Shown piece after piece: positions 51,460 through 52,111 of a stretch of DNA of 52,111 nt; positions within the stretch are counted from its first letter, which is position 1; each line of letters begins with the position of its first letter. Origin of the DNA: Pelomyxa schiedti (lineage: Eukaryota > Protista > Evosea); NCBI GenBank assembly GCA_020536535.1, contig JAHLWZ010000294.1, positions 1 through 52,111 of the forward strand, read 5' to 3'. Under the pieces are notes generated by a model. It worked only from the letters and a program-made list of their open reading frames with translations. It was not told the DNA's origin and did not search any database. Both the position numbers and the translations under genes were made by a program.

Positions 51460-52111
51460 GGTGTAGTACAAACACTGCACACTTCACTCCCAGATCCAGT
51501 CTTCCTTCGTGTGTTGTACAACAAGATCTCACGCAGTATCTCAGACGCGGAAGTCCCGGCCCTGCTTCGACGCCTGCACCTCACAACAAACAACAAATGA
51601 AACTGATGAGAAACGAAACGATTGTTTGATTTGATGAAATGACACATGTTCGGCAACCCCAAAGATCTATTATTTGTTCCCAAATTAACTAACTCCACTC
51701 TTGGCCTTTGTTTGTTCTTACGAGTGTGTTGCTGTAGTGACCGAACGGGATGGTTCTATGGGAGATCGTCACAGTCTGCTCCTTTAATGGAACCATCAAA
51801 GCGTTTCCAAGTTGGTTGAATGCAGGGTATTGAAACGCACTGTTGCGTTGTTAGAAGTGCCGAATCACAAGATGTCTTCAATTTGCCCCTATTTGAAGGC
51901 TATTTGATCCTCGACACTCGAGGTATCCCACAATAAACCCCCAATCGGCAGCTCGCACCCCACACTGAAATGAGTGTGGCGAAAAATGACTTTTCAAAGG
52001 ACACGAAGCACATGCTTCGCGACGAATAGCCTCCTCGAGGGCCTTTTCTCTGTCCCCTGAGGAAATGCGCTCCCTCAGGTCAGTCTCATCAGTCTTCTCG
52101 TCACCATCACC

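Overview
Gene-dense eukaryotic (protist) DNA with many short GT-AG introns. The gene families suggest an amoebozoan, possibly an archamoeba such as Pelomyxa (inference only). Manual splicing gives, in order: an ornithine cyclodeaminase/mu-crystallin ending in SRL, a CD36/LIMP-like protein, a CTK3-like CID protein, an intron-containing IS630/Tc1-like transposase, a 5'-truncated ureide-permease-like transporter, two head-to-head paralogous surface proteins, a second IS630 relic, and a giant Roco kinase with an extra atypical kinase-like domain. These are followed by a longin-like protein, NXT1, a frameshifted lineage-specific gene, a secreted leukocidin/Vibrio-cytolysin-like beta-pore-forming protein, two tandem Sel1-repeat genes, an ACTMAP-like protease with no visible AUG, SMG8, an ACAP-type ArfGAP and an APC permease. 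Two 100-N gaps have duplicated flanks (assembly artefacts). The most interesting signals are the spliced beta-pore-forming-toxin-like gene, the variable Sel1 repeats, the pseudokinase-Roco fusion, the intronated IS630-type transposase and the AUG-less ACTMAP. All exon models were read by eye and no database searches were run.
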